A stretch of 64,000 bases of DNA, from assembly GCF_964355755.1 (NCBI RefSeq), contig NC_092674.1, positions 10,664,001 to 10,728,000 on the forward strand, written 5' to 3'. Source of the stretch: Antedon mediterranea (taxonomy: Eukaryota > Animalia > Echinodermata). Made by a program: the position numbers and the translations under genes. Shown here in pieces: positions 50,451 to 63,786 of the stretch (its first letter is position 1; each line of letters starts with the position of its first letter). The notes beneath the pieces were generated by a model. The model was not told the DNA's origin. It saw only the letters and a list, made by a program, of their open reading frames with translations, and did no database searches.

Positions 50451-51572
50451 TAAATGGGGGTCCTCTGAGTAGGGAAGGGTTCTACTGTATAAAGCTAAAC
50501 CCCTAAAATATGATATAGAATATAGATATTATACTTTATTACAATTTTGCACAGATTTTGTTATTATTTTTTAAGAATTATATATACATAGTAGTAGATA
50601 CAATAAAGGACAATGCCTACTTACAGTATTACACTAGATTGATTTATATAATATTCTTTTTGGTCACCTAAAAATAAACAACATTTTTTTGGATGGAATT
50701 GAAATTATATTTATAAATACAAAAGTCTAACCATTTACAATATTGAATAACATATTTGACCTAGTCAAAAATGAGGGGGCAGCAGTTGCCTTGTGGCCTC
50801 ATTTTACTATTAGTTCACTGCCAAGACTTGGGTTAGAATTAATTGATCATGGCACTATAATTTGTGGGGTGGGACTGTAATCGAGCAGTAAATTATACTT
50901 GGTGAACTACGGTGGCTACACAAATGTTGGGAAAGTATATATTTATACATGTATTAATGTATAGTCACATAATGTTTTAAACACATTAGCTTATTGATTG
51001 TATCGCTTCAATCCTTGCACAATAGTAATTGACAAGTTAAACAAGTAACCTGTTTCTTATTTATTTTTATAAGTGTTCTGTGCCGACTCATAAATAGCTT
51101 GATAACCTCTTTCATTCATCGTGTTCCTACAAAATATGTTCTTCACGTAAACACGTATTCACAGACTCGTAATAACCATCCCATCCAAGCTGAGTTAACG
51201 ACTATTGGATTTACCAACCGTTAAATTCAGTTTTATGAGTAGAAGTATGTTTACTGTGCAGTTTGTAAAAACTGAAATACAGCGGGTCAAACAATCGTGC
51301 AAACATGTCTGCATAGATAATGATGATCTTTAAAGGGTAGAACAGACGAGATTATGTTACATTTGAAAAAAAAAAAGAATGAAAAACAAATCAACGCTAA
51401 AAAGAATCCTGTTGAAAGAGCGTTAGATTCGCTAAAGCTTACGATGATCACATAATTCTTGAATGAGTGAAGCCGACCTTGTTGCCAAGACAACTGCCAG
51501 CGATAAATCTTAGGTTTCTCTAGTGATGTATCAACCGAACTTTAACTACCGTAATCATCTCCACGGCAACTG

Positions 51573-54500
51573 CTATGACCTCGTATTGGATGGTGACATA
51601 ATGCCCTCGTTTACTGAAAAACAAATGTTTGGTATTTATAATAACAATTTATGTTTTAATGGTAGAATTTATAGATTTGCTTTCTGCATTAAGTAGGAAG
51701 ATTGTCTGCTTGGGGAATGGCTAGTAAAAATTAAAAGTTATTAATGAGTTTGGTGTAACACTGTCATATCATTAACTAACACCAAAAGTATGACAAATAT
51801 ATCATTTGAACAATTGTCACCAACTTTAGGTATGTTCAGATGCAATGGAATTGAGACGTAATGTCTGTAAAGAAAGTGGATTAAAGTAACGCGTGCCACG
51901 GCCTGTTTTTGTGTCAGTAAAGAAGGTCAGGTGGTTAACGATGCACTGTTAAGCGTATGATCTAGTCAGGGTATTGCACATATTTACTTTTACAATAAAT
52001 TGTCACTCTTTCAAATGTATAACTGATTGGTTTATATGTATATGAAGAAGATGATTGGTATAATACCATTGATGCAGTATGTATGCTGCTTCTTTGAGCT
52101 AACCATAGCGATCAGAACAAGCTCAGTGGTTTAATTAGGCTGTGTTTGGATGTAAAATCATGTGTAACATGTGTAACTTTACATGTGTAATCAGTGATCG
52201 TTCGGACGATGAACAATTTACACGTGTAAACTAACAAAAAATACCCAGCAGGGTCATATTTCATGCATCTCTACACTATTAAGGTCAAAATTGCTCCTTA
52301 TCTTGTGGTTAATCAGCTTGCGTTTTAAGGTGTAATTGAAAAATCCACCTCATGAGGTGGAGTTACACCACACGCGACCATTACACATATAAATTTGTTC
52401 CGTCCAAACAGGCTCTTAGAGGTATGAACACACAGATATCTGGAGGTCATGATTCGAGTCCCACAAAAGAATTGTACTGAGCATTCAATACGTCTGAATA
52501 GACTGACTGACTTCTAGTATTAATAGGTGTACTGTTTAGCTCATGATAGTTTTTGGCCAATCATAGCTAAAGCAAAAAGCTAATTCTTGTTTAAAGACAC
52601 CTTCCCTACGTTTTTTAGATCTATTTTAAGATCACAAACTATATTTAATGTAAAAATAATACTATATGGTCCTTATTGCGATAACTTTTTTCGTCTTTAA
52701 ATGGTTAAAAATGTGAAAAATAAGTCGATTCTAATAATTATAGCGGCCCGCTATAAATCCCAAAATGCATTGCGCGCAGATTGATATTTTTGTTTTTCTT
52801 CTGTAATTCACCCACTTTTCGATCGATCGTGAGGCCAAAACAAATGGAAGACTCCTAACTTTTCAGCGAAAATACCGGGTTTTCCCCAATTTGTATCAAA
52901 GGAGTCTGGCAAAAATCGAAAGACAATTATTGCAACAACTATACAACGTCAGGCTAGGTATATAGCTAGCGTACGATGTTCGTACGTTACCGATTTTTAC
53001 CAGCTAGGCCTACAAAACAAAGACCTTGCACGAGAGTTAAGTCGCCGCGAGCTACTTAGGTAGTGCATAGTTTCTCACTTTTTATCATAATTTACCATAA
53101 AACATACATTTAAGACAAGGAATGACCTGGTTTAATGTTTTTAAAGTAATATATATGTATTATTTTTAAAAAACGTCACAAATTGTAGGGAAGGTGTTTT
53201 TAAGATAACATGTCCTGTTCTGGCTGTGAATGTTTAAAAACTAAAGACTTAACATTGGAATAATAAGTTATGTCAACTGTTTTTATACATGTCACTTTGG
53301 CTGAATGATTTAGAGAATTTAGAGATTTAGAACTGGAGCCCTCGGTTTGAAACCGATAGACTTTATTGTGTTTTTTTTTTCAATAGTTGCTGGATAGGTT
53401 CAGTTATATTTAGAAAAATCAGCTATCTTGCAATCTCTCAGATTTTCAGAAAAACTTTTTGGGGAAAAAATTGGACACAGGCTTGATATTCCAAAACAAT
53501 AGAAAGAAGGTAAGAATAATGAAGACATTTCACATAGCAGAAAAGGAGATGTTCCGGAATATCAGGGAATATCCTGCAATTATTGGAAGCAAAGTTTGTC
53601 CTCTCTCCTCAAGTAATTTCTTCACAGAAAGGTGAATCAAAACTCTTGTATAAACATTTATATGGATTCAGAATAGAGTGTGAAAGGGCTTTAATTAGGA
53701 ATAATCACTTGTATATTATTGACATTAAATGTGACCTATTTATTGTAATTAATAGCCCGAAGAAAAACCTTAAATCATTACAACAGTTAACATTACAGTA
53801 TGATGATACAAGAATTGAAAGATAATATTGAATTCAGGTTGTTCATTAAGCTGATGGTTATTGTAATCGGGTTTAATCATAAGGTGAAATTTGTGTGGAA
53901 AAAAGGTAGGGAAACTGTGAATTTGCTGTTAAAATTGTAACACTTTATAAACTAAGTCTCTTTGATGATTAGGGAGTGGAGAAGAATCATTTTTGAGTTA
54001 CAACCCTGACACTAAGTCATGATTTAAACTCTGAACTTTGGGATTGGAAGGAAATGATACATTATATCTAACTACTGTATAACTGTAGTTTCACCTGTTT
54101 CATTTCCCTCTGTTCCCCACCTACCTTTTTAAGTTTCCAGGGAGTGAATCGCGGTAATCTTCCAATTACTGGAAAAAAAACTGTTTTTACAGCAGAATTC
54201 TATATTTGACCAATTTTAAGAGAAATTTATGTTTTTGTCGCAATTTTTGTGTTACAAACGTGTTACATTTGTATAATTAACCGAATATTAAAAATATTAT
54301 GTATCTGACCTTTAACCTGATGTTTTGACATGAATACTTTGGTGTAGACTTACCTTTATAAACCACAACACGTTTAGATACAGGACATCGTTCATCTTGA
54401 TTTTCCTGCATAAATATATTTGTTCGTAATATTCTGTTACCAAGTCCAAAAGGAGGTCTGAAGTTGTTCATCATTGTACCCTTTAGCGGATTAGGTTCTG

Positions 54501-57500
54501 GATTTTCCTTTCGATATGTTTTAAGTTCTCGTAGACCAAGTGAAAACTATAAGAGAATTTATTGAAATTGAGAAATGAACGAAAATAAAAGGTTTTGGTG
54601 CTATGAACATAGATTGCAGAAATATGATTAATATTGAAAATTTTATAGTGCCATATCAGCAACATAGCACTCATGGCGTCCATCATGTTAGTGCTGCAAA
54701 TTCTTCTTCCACTATGACATGATGTTTTCTTTTTTCTTGATGGCCTTTCATAAAAACACTTTTTATTAACGAAGTTCTCCATGTTTATAGTGATTATTAT
54801 TATTACATAGCCCACTGTCACAATTAACTATACCAATGTTATTTGTAATCATAAAACGATCCTACAATAACAAATCGACTTATTACATTAAATAACACTG
54901 AAAGTGTAGTAAGTTACCAATACCAAACAGATTAAAACAGAGTTTACTATATTTTTATATATTAAAGTGATTTAAAATGAAGAAATTAAAGAAATGACTA
55001 AAACACATGACACAATAAATATGTCATATCATAACACTTAACTAGACAATTGAATGAAAAAAATTAGTTATCTGGGCAATCGATACGATATTTCCCAGAC
55101 TTATTAAACATTTATATTAGTTTTTGGTTTGGTCACCTCTGTACTGTATCTCCACACATAGCATTATATGTCCAGTATCATCTATATATAAAGTATGGTT
55201 AATTCTGACATAGGCGAGCACAATGGAAAAACTTCGGTATAAATCTCCGCCTTGGATACCTACCTTATCTATATTAGATGTACTGCGAAACGTAGATTTG
55301 ATATCATTAGTTTTCAGTACTACGTTATGGTTCCATATTTCTATCTTAGGAAGATATTATAAATGGTTTTATAACAACATTTTTTGATTTCATCAGTATA
55401 TTTTCAATTCAATTTCAATTGTACGCGGGTCGAAGTAATTTCCGGGTTCATGATAAGTTCACACGTTCACATTGCAACTTCCTGGTTTTAACTAAGTTGG
55501 CCGTTAGTGGCTATATAGCCATTTTAGCTTTTTGTTTATTTTCGGATCGGACCGCGCGTGTGAAGGTTCAGTAGTTAAAAAATAAAAATTATACTGGAAA
55601 TTAATAAAGATCAAATTAAATATACACCATAAACCATCGGAATATATTGTGGGGAATAGTATTATAAAATTACATAAGGAGATCTGATGATATTAATAAA
55701 CGCCTAAAAAACATCAATTTGAATAATAATCGCCAACCAACTATCTAATAAACGCCCATCCACATTTATACACACAATACTGTATTATATATATATTTAT
55801 AGTAACACAATGATACTATTTGACAGAAAACGTACAAGGAGAGCGTCCTTTTTACACGATTCATTATCATTCCGAGAACCATCGTCTACACTTCCTAGAG
55901 GGGGAGCGAGCTTACCCTCTAGTATAGGCAAATTCTATTATACAGTGTATAACATGTCAGAGGGCCGGATCCAGGATTAGTTTTGTGGGGAAAAAGTGTA
56001 GAGCAAAATATAGTGGGGTCCTGAAGGCCCTAGGAAAAAAATGTGTGTTAATGGTGTCTAGGAGGTCATTAATGCACTCTCATTCGATCATCTGTAAAGG
56101 GTCTTTCACAACTGTTCCAGCATGGTTCAAATCAAACGTCAATGTTTCGTTTTCATGAATGGATGTGTCTGTACAGCATGTCCTTGGCTGTCGTCTAGAC
56201 AACTAAAGTGTCTGTAGTTCAGCTAGCGGGTATTTCGGCAATAAAACAGACTGACTACCCAGTTTCTTTAAAAATGTTTTCCCTGTTGAGGATGGGGGGG
56301 GGGGCACGGATCTCCTCTGCATGTAGCACCCAATGACATAATTATATTCAACTATTAGTTGACTTTTTAGGTAGGGAAAAAAGTGTAAAGGCCCTCCAAC
56401 AGTAGGTAATTGCATTGGGCTGCTTATTCTCAGGGCCCCTTAAGCTCTGGGCCTTTTGGTTTAGCCAGTGAGTGCTTATAGCCATTTACGCCACTACATA
56501 TAGGCCCATTATAAAATCTAAAAAATCTAGTAGCCAAAAGATTTCTATTTTGACTATTACTTCAGCTTCCTCATCAAGCAAGCACAAATAATCTCATAAA
56601 ATAACAACAGACATTTCTCACATTCCAATTGTTACTTAAATCATCCATAAAGTTATCCTGTATTGAAGATGAATAAGCAATGGTTTTTATAGCTCATCAA
56701 TCTAGTGGTAACTTCTAAACAGTTGGGCAAATTAGATGTTTCAAATTCCAAACTTGATAGAACTTTCAAAGTTTAATCTGGTAATTTGAACGGATTTAAC
56801 AATTTCACAATCAGATAGAATGCATACCTTGCTAACACAAACAAGAAAAAGTAGAAAAATAGGCCTGTTTACTTTTTTAAAATTTGTTTTTACCCAAAAT
56901 AATACATGGTGCTCAACAGTCATACAGTAACTAAAAAGACTTGCGCATTTGGCTAGAGGTGTTGCTTTTGAGGCCTATGAGGTTTTATAAAAATCGTGAA
57001 AAAAAGCATGGTGTTCTTGATTAGTGAATGTACCTCGTGTACAGTGTTTGAATTAATATTTTTTTTTATCTTAAACAATATACTTTTGGGACTAGGCATA
57101 CAACTACAATAATTTATCATTTACAGTGCAATGATATGAACTGTTCCATTCTTATTAAGCCTAGTCTACAAAACAAACTTGAGTAAACTCAGAGTTTTTC
57201 AAGAAAGGTTTTCCAAAGTTTTCTAGACCAGTTGACAAACTTCTGCAAACTGCAGAAAACTTGCAGAAGTCTACACTAGAAAACTTAGCTCGCAAACTTG
57301 AGCAAACTCTTTGGTTTGCTGGTGGACTTTAATGATTTATTATATTAGTTCTGGTATATATCACAGACTAAGTAAGTGGTAATTAGTATAATTTACACTG
57401 GTAGGCATTTCATTTCCTTCTTAAAACTTGCTTATTGTGGAGACCCTACATTACTTCCACTATGTACAACTGACAATGTAAGTCTGCAACTAATGAGAAA

Positions 57501-60500
57501 AATGGCCAAGTAAGTCACATGGAATAACTATGCTTCTGTAATGATTTACTCAAATTGGAACTTACAGTACAACCTAGGTATACTTATCCAAGTCTAATAA
57601 TAATTTAACTAATAACACAATGAGAAGGAAACATTTGTAATAGCTGATGTAAACTATGGTATCCACATGATTAACTAAATTCTATTTTCCGTTCACCTAC
57701 ATTAAATTGTTTGATTCAAATGTCAATGTTATAAATTGTATTTCTGATTCACTACAAGCGTCATTCAATTGTGTCATTTAAAAATATAAATTAAAGTATC
57801 TTGTTGCAATCATTCCCATAAGAAATTGCTGTATCAGAAAATTGAGAATAGACATTATCAGGTACATGCTTTGTAGGGAGATTACAATCGGAAATGGTTA
57901 AAGTGGTTATCGCAGGAGTATAAATTTCTATAAAAAGATCCAGGTTTTGAAGAAATTGTAAAATTGAAGTTATTTGGAGAGGAAGCACAATCTTATATTC
58001 CTGCATGCCCACAATGAACTAGCCTCGCCATTGCAAATGAAAGATACTAGTGTGTTGTGCATATACTGCAATAGTATTGTCATTATACCTGATATAATAG
58101 GTTTTACCACGGGTCTTAGCTTTCGTGATCTTAGGTCTTAGGGGGTCTTAGCTTTCGTGGTCTTAGGTTTCGTGACACCCGTTTTACCACTCCTTATAAA
58201 TACATTTAAAGAATAAGACTAAATAAACTTTCAGATAAATGTAAAATTGCAAAACACCAGCAAATAAATAATGACTAAAAATGAAATAATCAAAACTTTA
58301 TCAATCAACATTTTTTGACTCAATTTTACACAACCAACCTAAAATACTATAACACTGAAATTCAAATAATTTAATGGTAAAACAGCAATAGAAAAAAAAA
58401 ACAATAAGGTGAGTTGAAATTATGACACTAGAGATCACAAAACAAAGTGTGAAAAGTTGTTCTCATAGAACAGTTACTGGCAATAAACGATATTAAGATT
58501 CCCATTAGCTACACAGGTTTCATACTTTATAATAACCAACAAACCTCTCTTTTGACATCTCATTATTTTAAAACTTTACAATTTTCATTTTAAAAAAAAC
58601 GGAAAACCAGGAGAAAATTATTCATGAATGATTTAGCTACTTTGTTTTAGCTTAAAATTATTTCTTTATTGAGACTTTGAATTTCTTATTACTATATGGT
58701 TCAAGGTCATTATAAATATAATATTAGTTCTACCATTTTCAATATGGTATTGTTACACGTGCCTTAGGCAATCAGTTATATAATTATTTTTAATCGCCAT
58801 GCCTGGAGTAACGGATATATGTGATTGTTAAACTGCTCTCGTTAATGGAGTCAAATTTAAATAAGAGCATTTTTAGTTTTTAAATATTTTGGTGTTTCAG
58901 TGTTGGTAATATTCAAGCTGATGGAGTGACTTATAGCAAAATGTAATTAAGAAAAGAAAAACCAACTTTTGTAAATTGCTTTACTCAGATATTGTTTACA
59001 AATAGTACTAATAGATGAAAAATGTTAATAAAATGAAGATTTTTGATAAGAAAACAAGTTGAATGTGTATTTTATTTATTGGCAAGGTATTTAGTTTGAA
59101 AGCTTTAATCAGCTAAACAGTTTTTTCCAAAGAAAACTGTCTAGAAAGTTGAAATTATTGAAGTAACGTAAAAGATAGTGTTTGCTTTTAAAACAAGCAC
59201 GAATGTGCGATACTCGGTGTACAGCAAAAGAAGCTGTAATGACGTCATAAGACCGGATGTAACGTCACATACACATCAATAACCTCGCTACCAAATACGG
59301 CTATATGGTACCATCTTCGAGACGTGCACATGGCTGCATCCGGTTTGAAAATAAAAAATCCGGCCCTATAGCTTTGAGGACATGTGCCTGTAGTATATTC
59401 ATGCCAAATCCCAGCTCAATACTACAACGAATAAGGGAGGAGTAGTACTTTAAAAATCGCACTTTTTACTCAATAGTGTCCAGATGGAGGAAGAGGAGGA
59501 GGAGAAAATGAGTAAGTCCTAGACTCGGGTACCCTGAGTAAAAACTAAACATTAAACATAACCCAAATAAATACAGAACAAAGCTTTCATCGACTGTTTT
59601 CATTGTTAATCCTAAATAACACTACATTGTCTACAAAGTTTAAATATTAAAACAAGTTCTGTATTTTTTTACAATTTGTAGATACTTAATAAATGGTAAA
59701 CTAATTAAATACAGAACAAATGAGGGGAAAAAAAAGAAGAAGAAAACGGAGGGAGAAAACAACTAGGAAACATAAGATAAGAAAGACAAACTAAATTTTC
59801 TATTTAAAAAATATTATTCATTTTTAAGTATTTCATAGACCTTTCCTATTGTATTTCTGTCTTTAAAAATTCAGAAGATTATTACACTTTTCTTCAAGGC
59901 AGAAAAAACCCCCAATTAAAAAAAACTTCTAAAACCCAAGATTCTGTCTAGTGTGCCCTTTTGACACTTACCACTACTTACAACATCAGGATGATGCTAC
60001 AGTATACTGAATATATATTTTGTTCAAATGCTAAGCTTAGTTATCTGTATGCAGGGCGACCTTAACAGAGTGTCGTCCCTACCTTGCGGTTTTATGCATA
60101 GTAGGGGTTAACAAATATTGATGGATGGATGGATTGAAGTGATGAATACGGTAGTTTTTATTCATTTAGACAGTATGTTTACAAGCATAACTTTAGTACT
60201 GTATTATGTATTATCTACTGACACGAATTGCCGAAATTTTATTAAAAAAATATTTGTTCTGTGTGTGTACAGGGCCGCAACTATTGCCTTCTGGTATTTG
60301 GACTAAAACACTCCAATAGAAATGTACTCTCCAACACCATGTTTATTGGTGTCCTTGTACTTCAGTACCTCTACTACTTTGTTAGGATTGATTTAGTTAT
60401 TTCTTAGATACAATTACAGTACAAGCCCGATTACAAGAATAAAGCATTGTATTCTTTTATACATACAGTTAGTTTCAATATAAGCTGAAACTTAATACCG

Positions 60501-63500
60501 CCCTCTACATTTAAAACTTTATATAAAAGATGAGCAAAAGCATATATTAACATTATTTCTAATAATAGTAAATAAACATGTAATAATATATATATAATAG
60601 TTTGTTTGTATATATATTTTTTTTTTCACATCTTATCAGACAGTTGTGGTTTCAAATTTTGAAATAAAGTGTAAAGGGAAAGAGCGTTTTTGGAAACTTA
60701 GGCCTAACATATTAACGATGTACAAACATTCTTAATCAACAAAATACAGTTCTAATGATAAACAGAACAATGTATACTGGGCTTCATAAATACTGTATAT
60801 CTTCTGCTATAATTCCACCCAACTAGAGAACACAACAAAATTGGGCCGACTATACCCAGGGAAACTCCTGGTTCAGGAAAAAATGAACGGTAATCATTTC
60901 CTGTAAAAAACTCATCAGAATTGGCTAGAGAGAAGTCTACATCCAGACCAACAGTTAATACTGGGACTATATACCCTGGGATATGCCTGTTTGTGAAATC
61001 AAACATAATGTAGGAGGTGGGATTGAACCCGAAGTGGGATTATACCCAAAGTGGGATTATACCTGAGGATGTAAAACAAGAAAAGCTATTCACTCTTTCT
61101 TCGGTGCCACTTTCTTTTTATTAATTGATAATTAAAAATTGGGCTCTTATTGTATTTAAATTATTAAGAAGGATTTCATGAATATGTTTAGTTAGTTTGT
61201 TTAGTATAGTAATTCTATATGGTGTGGTGTAAATAATAACCTATTAATTTATTCTAGTCTTGCTGCAGGTATGAATAGTTAGTACAAAGTATATATTAGG
61301 GTGCTGACAATTGGGTATCAATATGGCAAAAATATTAAATAGCACGTCCAGTCTCAGTTTCTGAGCGCTTAATCTATAACACTATTATTTAACCACTAGT
61401 CAATAATTTATCACACAATCATGAATATTAAATCATTAATTATTATTAAATTAAGCTATAACCACGGTCGTTGAATTTTAAACAATATGTATACACCCAC
61501 ACTATGAACCTAGTAACCTTTGTGTACTTTTAACTGTAATAGATGATAAATCTCCATAATAGTTATAGGTTAACTAACATTTATCACATCCATTTGCAGG
61601 CTTGGTTACATCATTGAATTCCGTTGTAATGGTAACATTCGATTTAATAATTGCTCGATAATGAATTACAATTTCAAATATGTAATCAAATACTTAAGAA
61701 TGGCGTGTATGCCCTTGTATCGATATTCTAACACCTACCGTTACCAAAGACACTAATTAGGTCTTGAAATGCAAACGCACAGTACATATAATCAATGCAA
61801 ATCAATACTGTCTATATGTCCTTAAAAGTGATTTTTAAATAGTGACTTCTACATGTAAATATCAAATATCGTAACAAATAACAATCCTACAGCCATTAAA
61901 TTCTACAATTATTTTTACCGAGTACAATAGTAGTGAGTGAGTCGTAAAATTGTAAAACAAGACAATGGGTCTGTTTCTGCTGAAAAAATCAAAATAATCG
62001 ATTTTTTCCAGTCACCGCAAACCACAAAAATAATCGCGTTGCAATTGAAAATTGCTACGACTTTAATCGGTTATTCAGGTAATCGGTTTTTAAAATCACG
62101 TCATCATTCCCCCACAGCGCAGTTCAAGTTATGAAAGGCCGATGAGAGTTGGTTTGTTTACATCCTATCGCTGCCTAAAACTCTCACATGTAGGATTAAA
62201 AATTACTCTTACGTAAAGCTTTATTATTTCTAAAATAAACATCTAGGCCTACTACCGTACCACATACAACAGAATAATGATGTTATATTAATAAGGACAC
62301 GTCGGCGAAAAAAGTTCGTTTCGCCGTTCGTTGGTTCTACCTTCGGCCTGCTAGGCCTAGAGGCTATTATATTTCTACCGAAACAAGTCAACAGACAACA
62401 GGCCTACTAACAAATGACATGTAAAACATCGTTAGCCTGGACTGGTGGTATGTAACGGGTGTACTTGTAACACAGAATCCTGGAGTCTCTCGGTATAATT
62501 CTCCCCCACAAAATAATAAAAATCAAATGTTTAACATTTGATTTTTATTCGGTCTACATCGCGATCGTGGTTTTGCTGATCGTCGTCGATATCGCGCAAA
62601 TAAACAGCATGCTTTGTGACGTGAATAAGTTTGTCATACTCTAGAGGTCAAAGTGAGGTCAATAATCGCTATTTGTGTTGCAGCTCAAAACTGCTCCGCA
62701 ATAATCGGTTAAAACAAGAAATAATCGATTAAAACACGCAATGGATTGAGTGTTTTTAATCGGTTATTTTTAATCGGTTATTTTATTTTGCGCCGTTTCT
62801 GCTGCCCAAAAATAATCGATTAAAAAAATAAACGGTTAATAATCGATTATTTCTGCTCAGCAGAAACAGGCCCAATGAAGACATTGTAAACCACAAACAA
62901 CACTTTCCATACGTTCCATACATTTCCTATTCAGAGGTAGATTTATATGCGGGGGAATGGTGTGAGAAAAGCTTCCAAGAAATTTGTGTTCTATGGGAGA
63001 ACCCCCATGATTATCTTCACACTCCCACCCTTTTCAAAATCCTGGATCTGCCCCTGCTTATACTTCTTATTTCTGGGGCACTTCTCTATAAAACGAAAAG
63101 GGAAGGAAATATTACAAAAACAAACAGTATAGTGTTGTAGTCTGTGAGTGGTGCTTACCTGGATAAACCTATAGCCTATAGCCTATTCTCTACAAATATT
63201 ATATCCACAACCAACAGAAGACAGATGTTAAGAGGACAGATATGTGGATCCCAATTATCCCCTTAATTGATTGAATCTAAACAATATAATTGAATTTATA
63301 CAATGCACTAATACAATACTGATTGAGCATTCAAAATAAATATTTTTATGTTTCCTTGATATTATAATTCATTTTTTATGTTAAAACTCAAACACATCAT
63401 ATGTTTTTCCATCAAGAGCATTAAAAGCAAGATGTAGTGGACAAAACTAAGCCAAGTTGTCTGTATCCCATTGTAATCAATGTACCGACAGACATTACTT

Positions 63501-63786
63501 CATCTCCATTTTTAAAATCACAAATCTTCCAAGATTCTAACATACGCAACTATGTTCTGCATGAATGATCACAGCATAGCGACAATGTAATATTAATAAT
63601 ATTCATCCAACTAGAGTGTCATCATACAGTCAGTAGTAAATTTATTAAGCATTTCATAAATTTGGATAAAAATATATTATAATTATCCTTATGAAATTTA
63701 CTGGCATACCTCGGATGAATACATCATGCTATTTATAGATTCAAAACGAAGAAGGCAAAGGAGATGTATGGAATAACGATTTACGA
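51573..63786 (-). CDS. 3' part of an unidentified multi-exon gene whose 5' end lies beyond the window
   Basis: Exons 63786-63710, 54546-54354 and 51613-51573 have strong polypyrimidine-AG acceptors, gtatgc / gtaagt donors and compatible phases. Translation: ...VNRYSIHLLCLLRFESINSMMYSSE/FSLGLRELKTYRKENPEPNPLKGTMMNNFRPPFGLGNRILRTNIFMQENQDERCPVSKRVVVYK/VNEGIMSPSNTRS*. Additional internal exons may be missed. Confidence 0.55.
52138..52415. mobile_element. PIF/Harbinger (Tourist-like) MITE inserted into a tRNA-SINE head
   Basis: tta|ggctgtgtttggatg ... cgtccaaacaggctc|tta, with tgtgtaa / ttacac repeats. The flanks rejoin as agctcagtggtt ... gattcgagtccc. Confidence 0.7.
52595..53199. mobile_element. 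Non-autonomous Kolobok-like element
   Basis: TTAA|agacaccttccctac ... gtagggaaggtgttt|TTAA. Confidence 0.8.
53950..54080 (-). mobile_element. tRNA-SINE fragment, same family as 13258-13395
   Basis: Shared ctaagtctc ... tagg(g/a)agtgga ... gagttacaacc ... ggattggaagg. Confidence 0.55.
58111..58180. mobile_element. 70-bp mini-insertion of GGTCTTAG repeats with a perfect long TSD
   Basis: gttttaccac|gggtcttagctttcgtg ... ggtttcgtgacaccc|gttttaccac. Confidence 0.75.
59194..59540 (-). mobile_element. Helentron-type non-autonomous element (HINE), copy 2
   Basis: aaaacaag-hairpin (gcacgaatgtgc) and subTIR actcggtgtac at one end. A (GGA)n tract and palindrome actcgggtaccctgagt followed by an A-run at the other end. 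Homologous to 28513-28953. Confidence 0.72.
61967..62873. mobile_element. Non-autonomous Harbinger-like element with AATCGRTT subterminal repeats
   Basis: aat|gggtctgtttctgctga ... tcagcagaaacaggccc|aat. 3-bp TSD and many aataatcgatt / aatcggtt motifs. Confidence 0.85.
62932..63056. mobile_element. hAT-like MITE, degenerate
   Basis: cagaggtagattt ... ggatctgcccctg. A related end cagagggccggatccagga lies at about 55958. Confidence 0.5.

Noticed and set aside
56640-58030. Possible decayed coding or retroelement fragments at 56640-56830 and 57790-58030
   Set aside because: Multiple stops in most frames and no recognisable RT, endonuclease or transposase motif by eye; a translated search would be needed.
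63159-63190. Possible micro-exon of the minus-strand gene (strong donor ccag|gtaagc)
   Set aside because: Candidate acceptors give a stop or a phase incompatible with the flanking exons.
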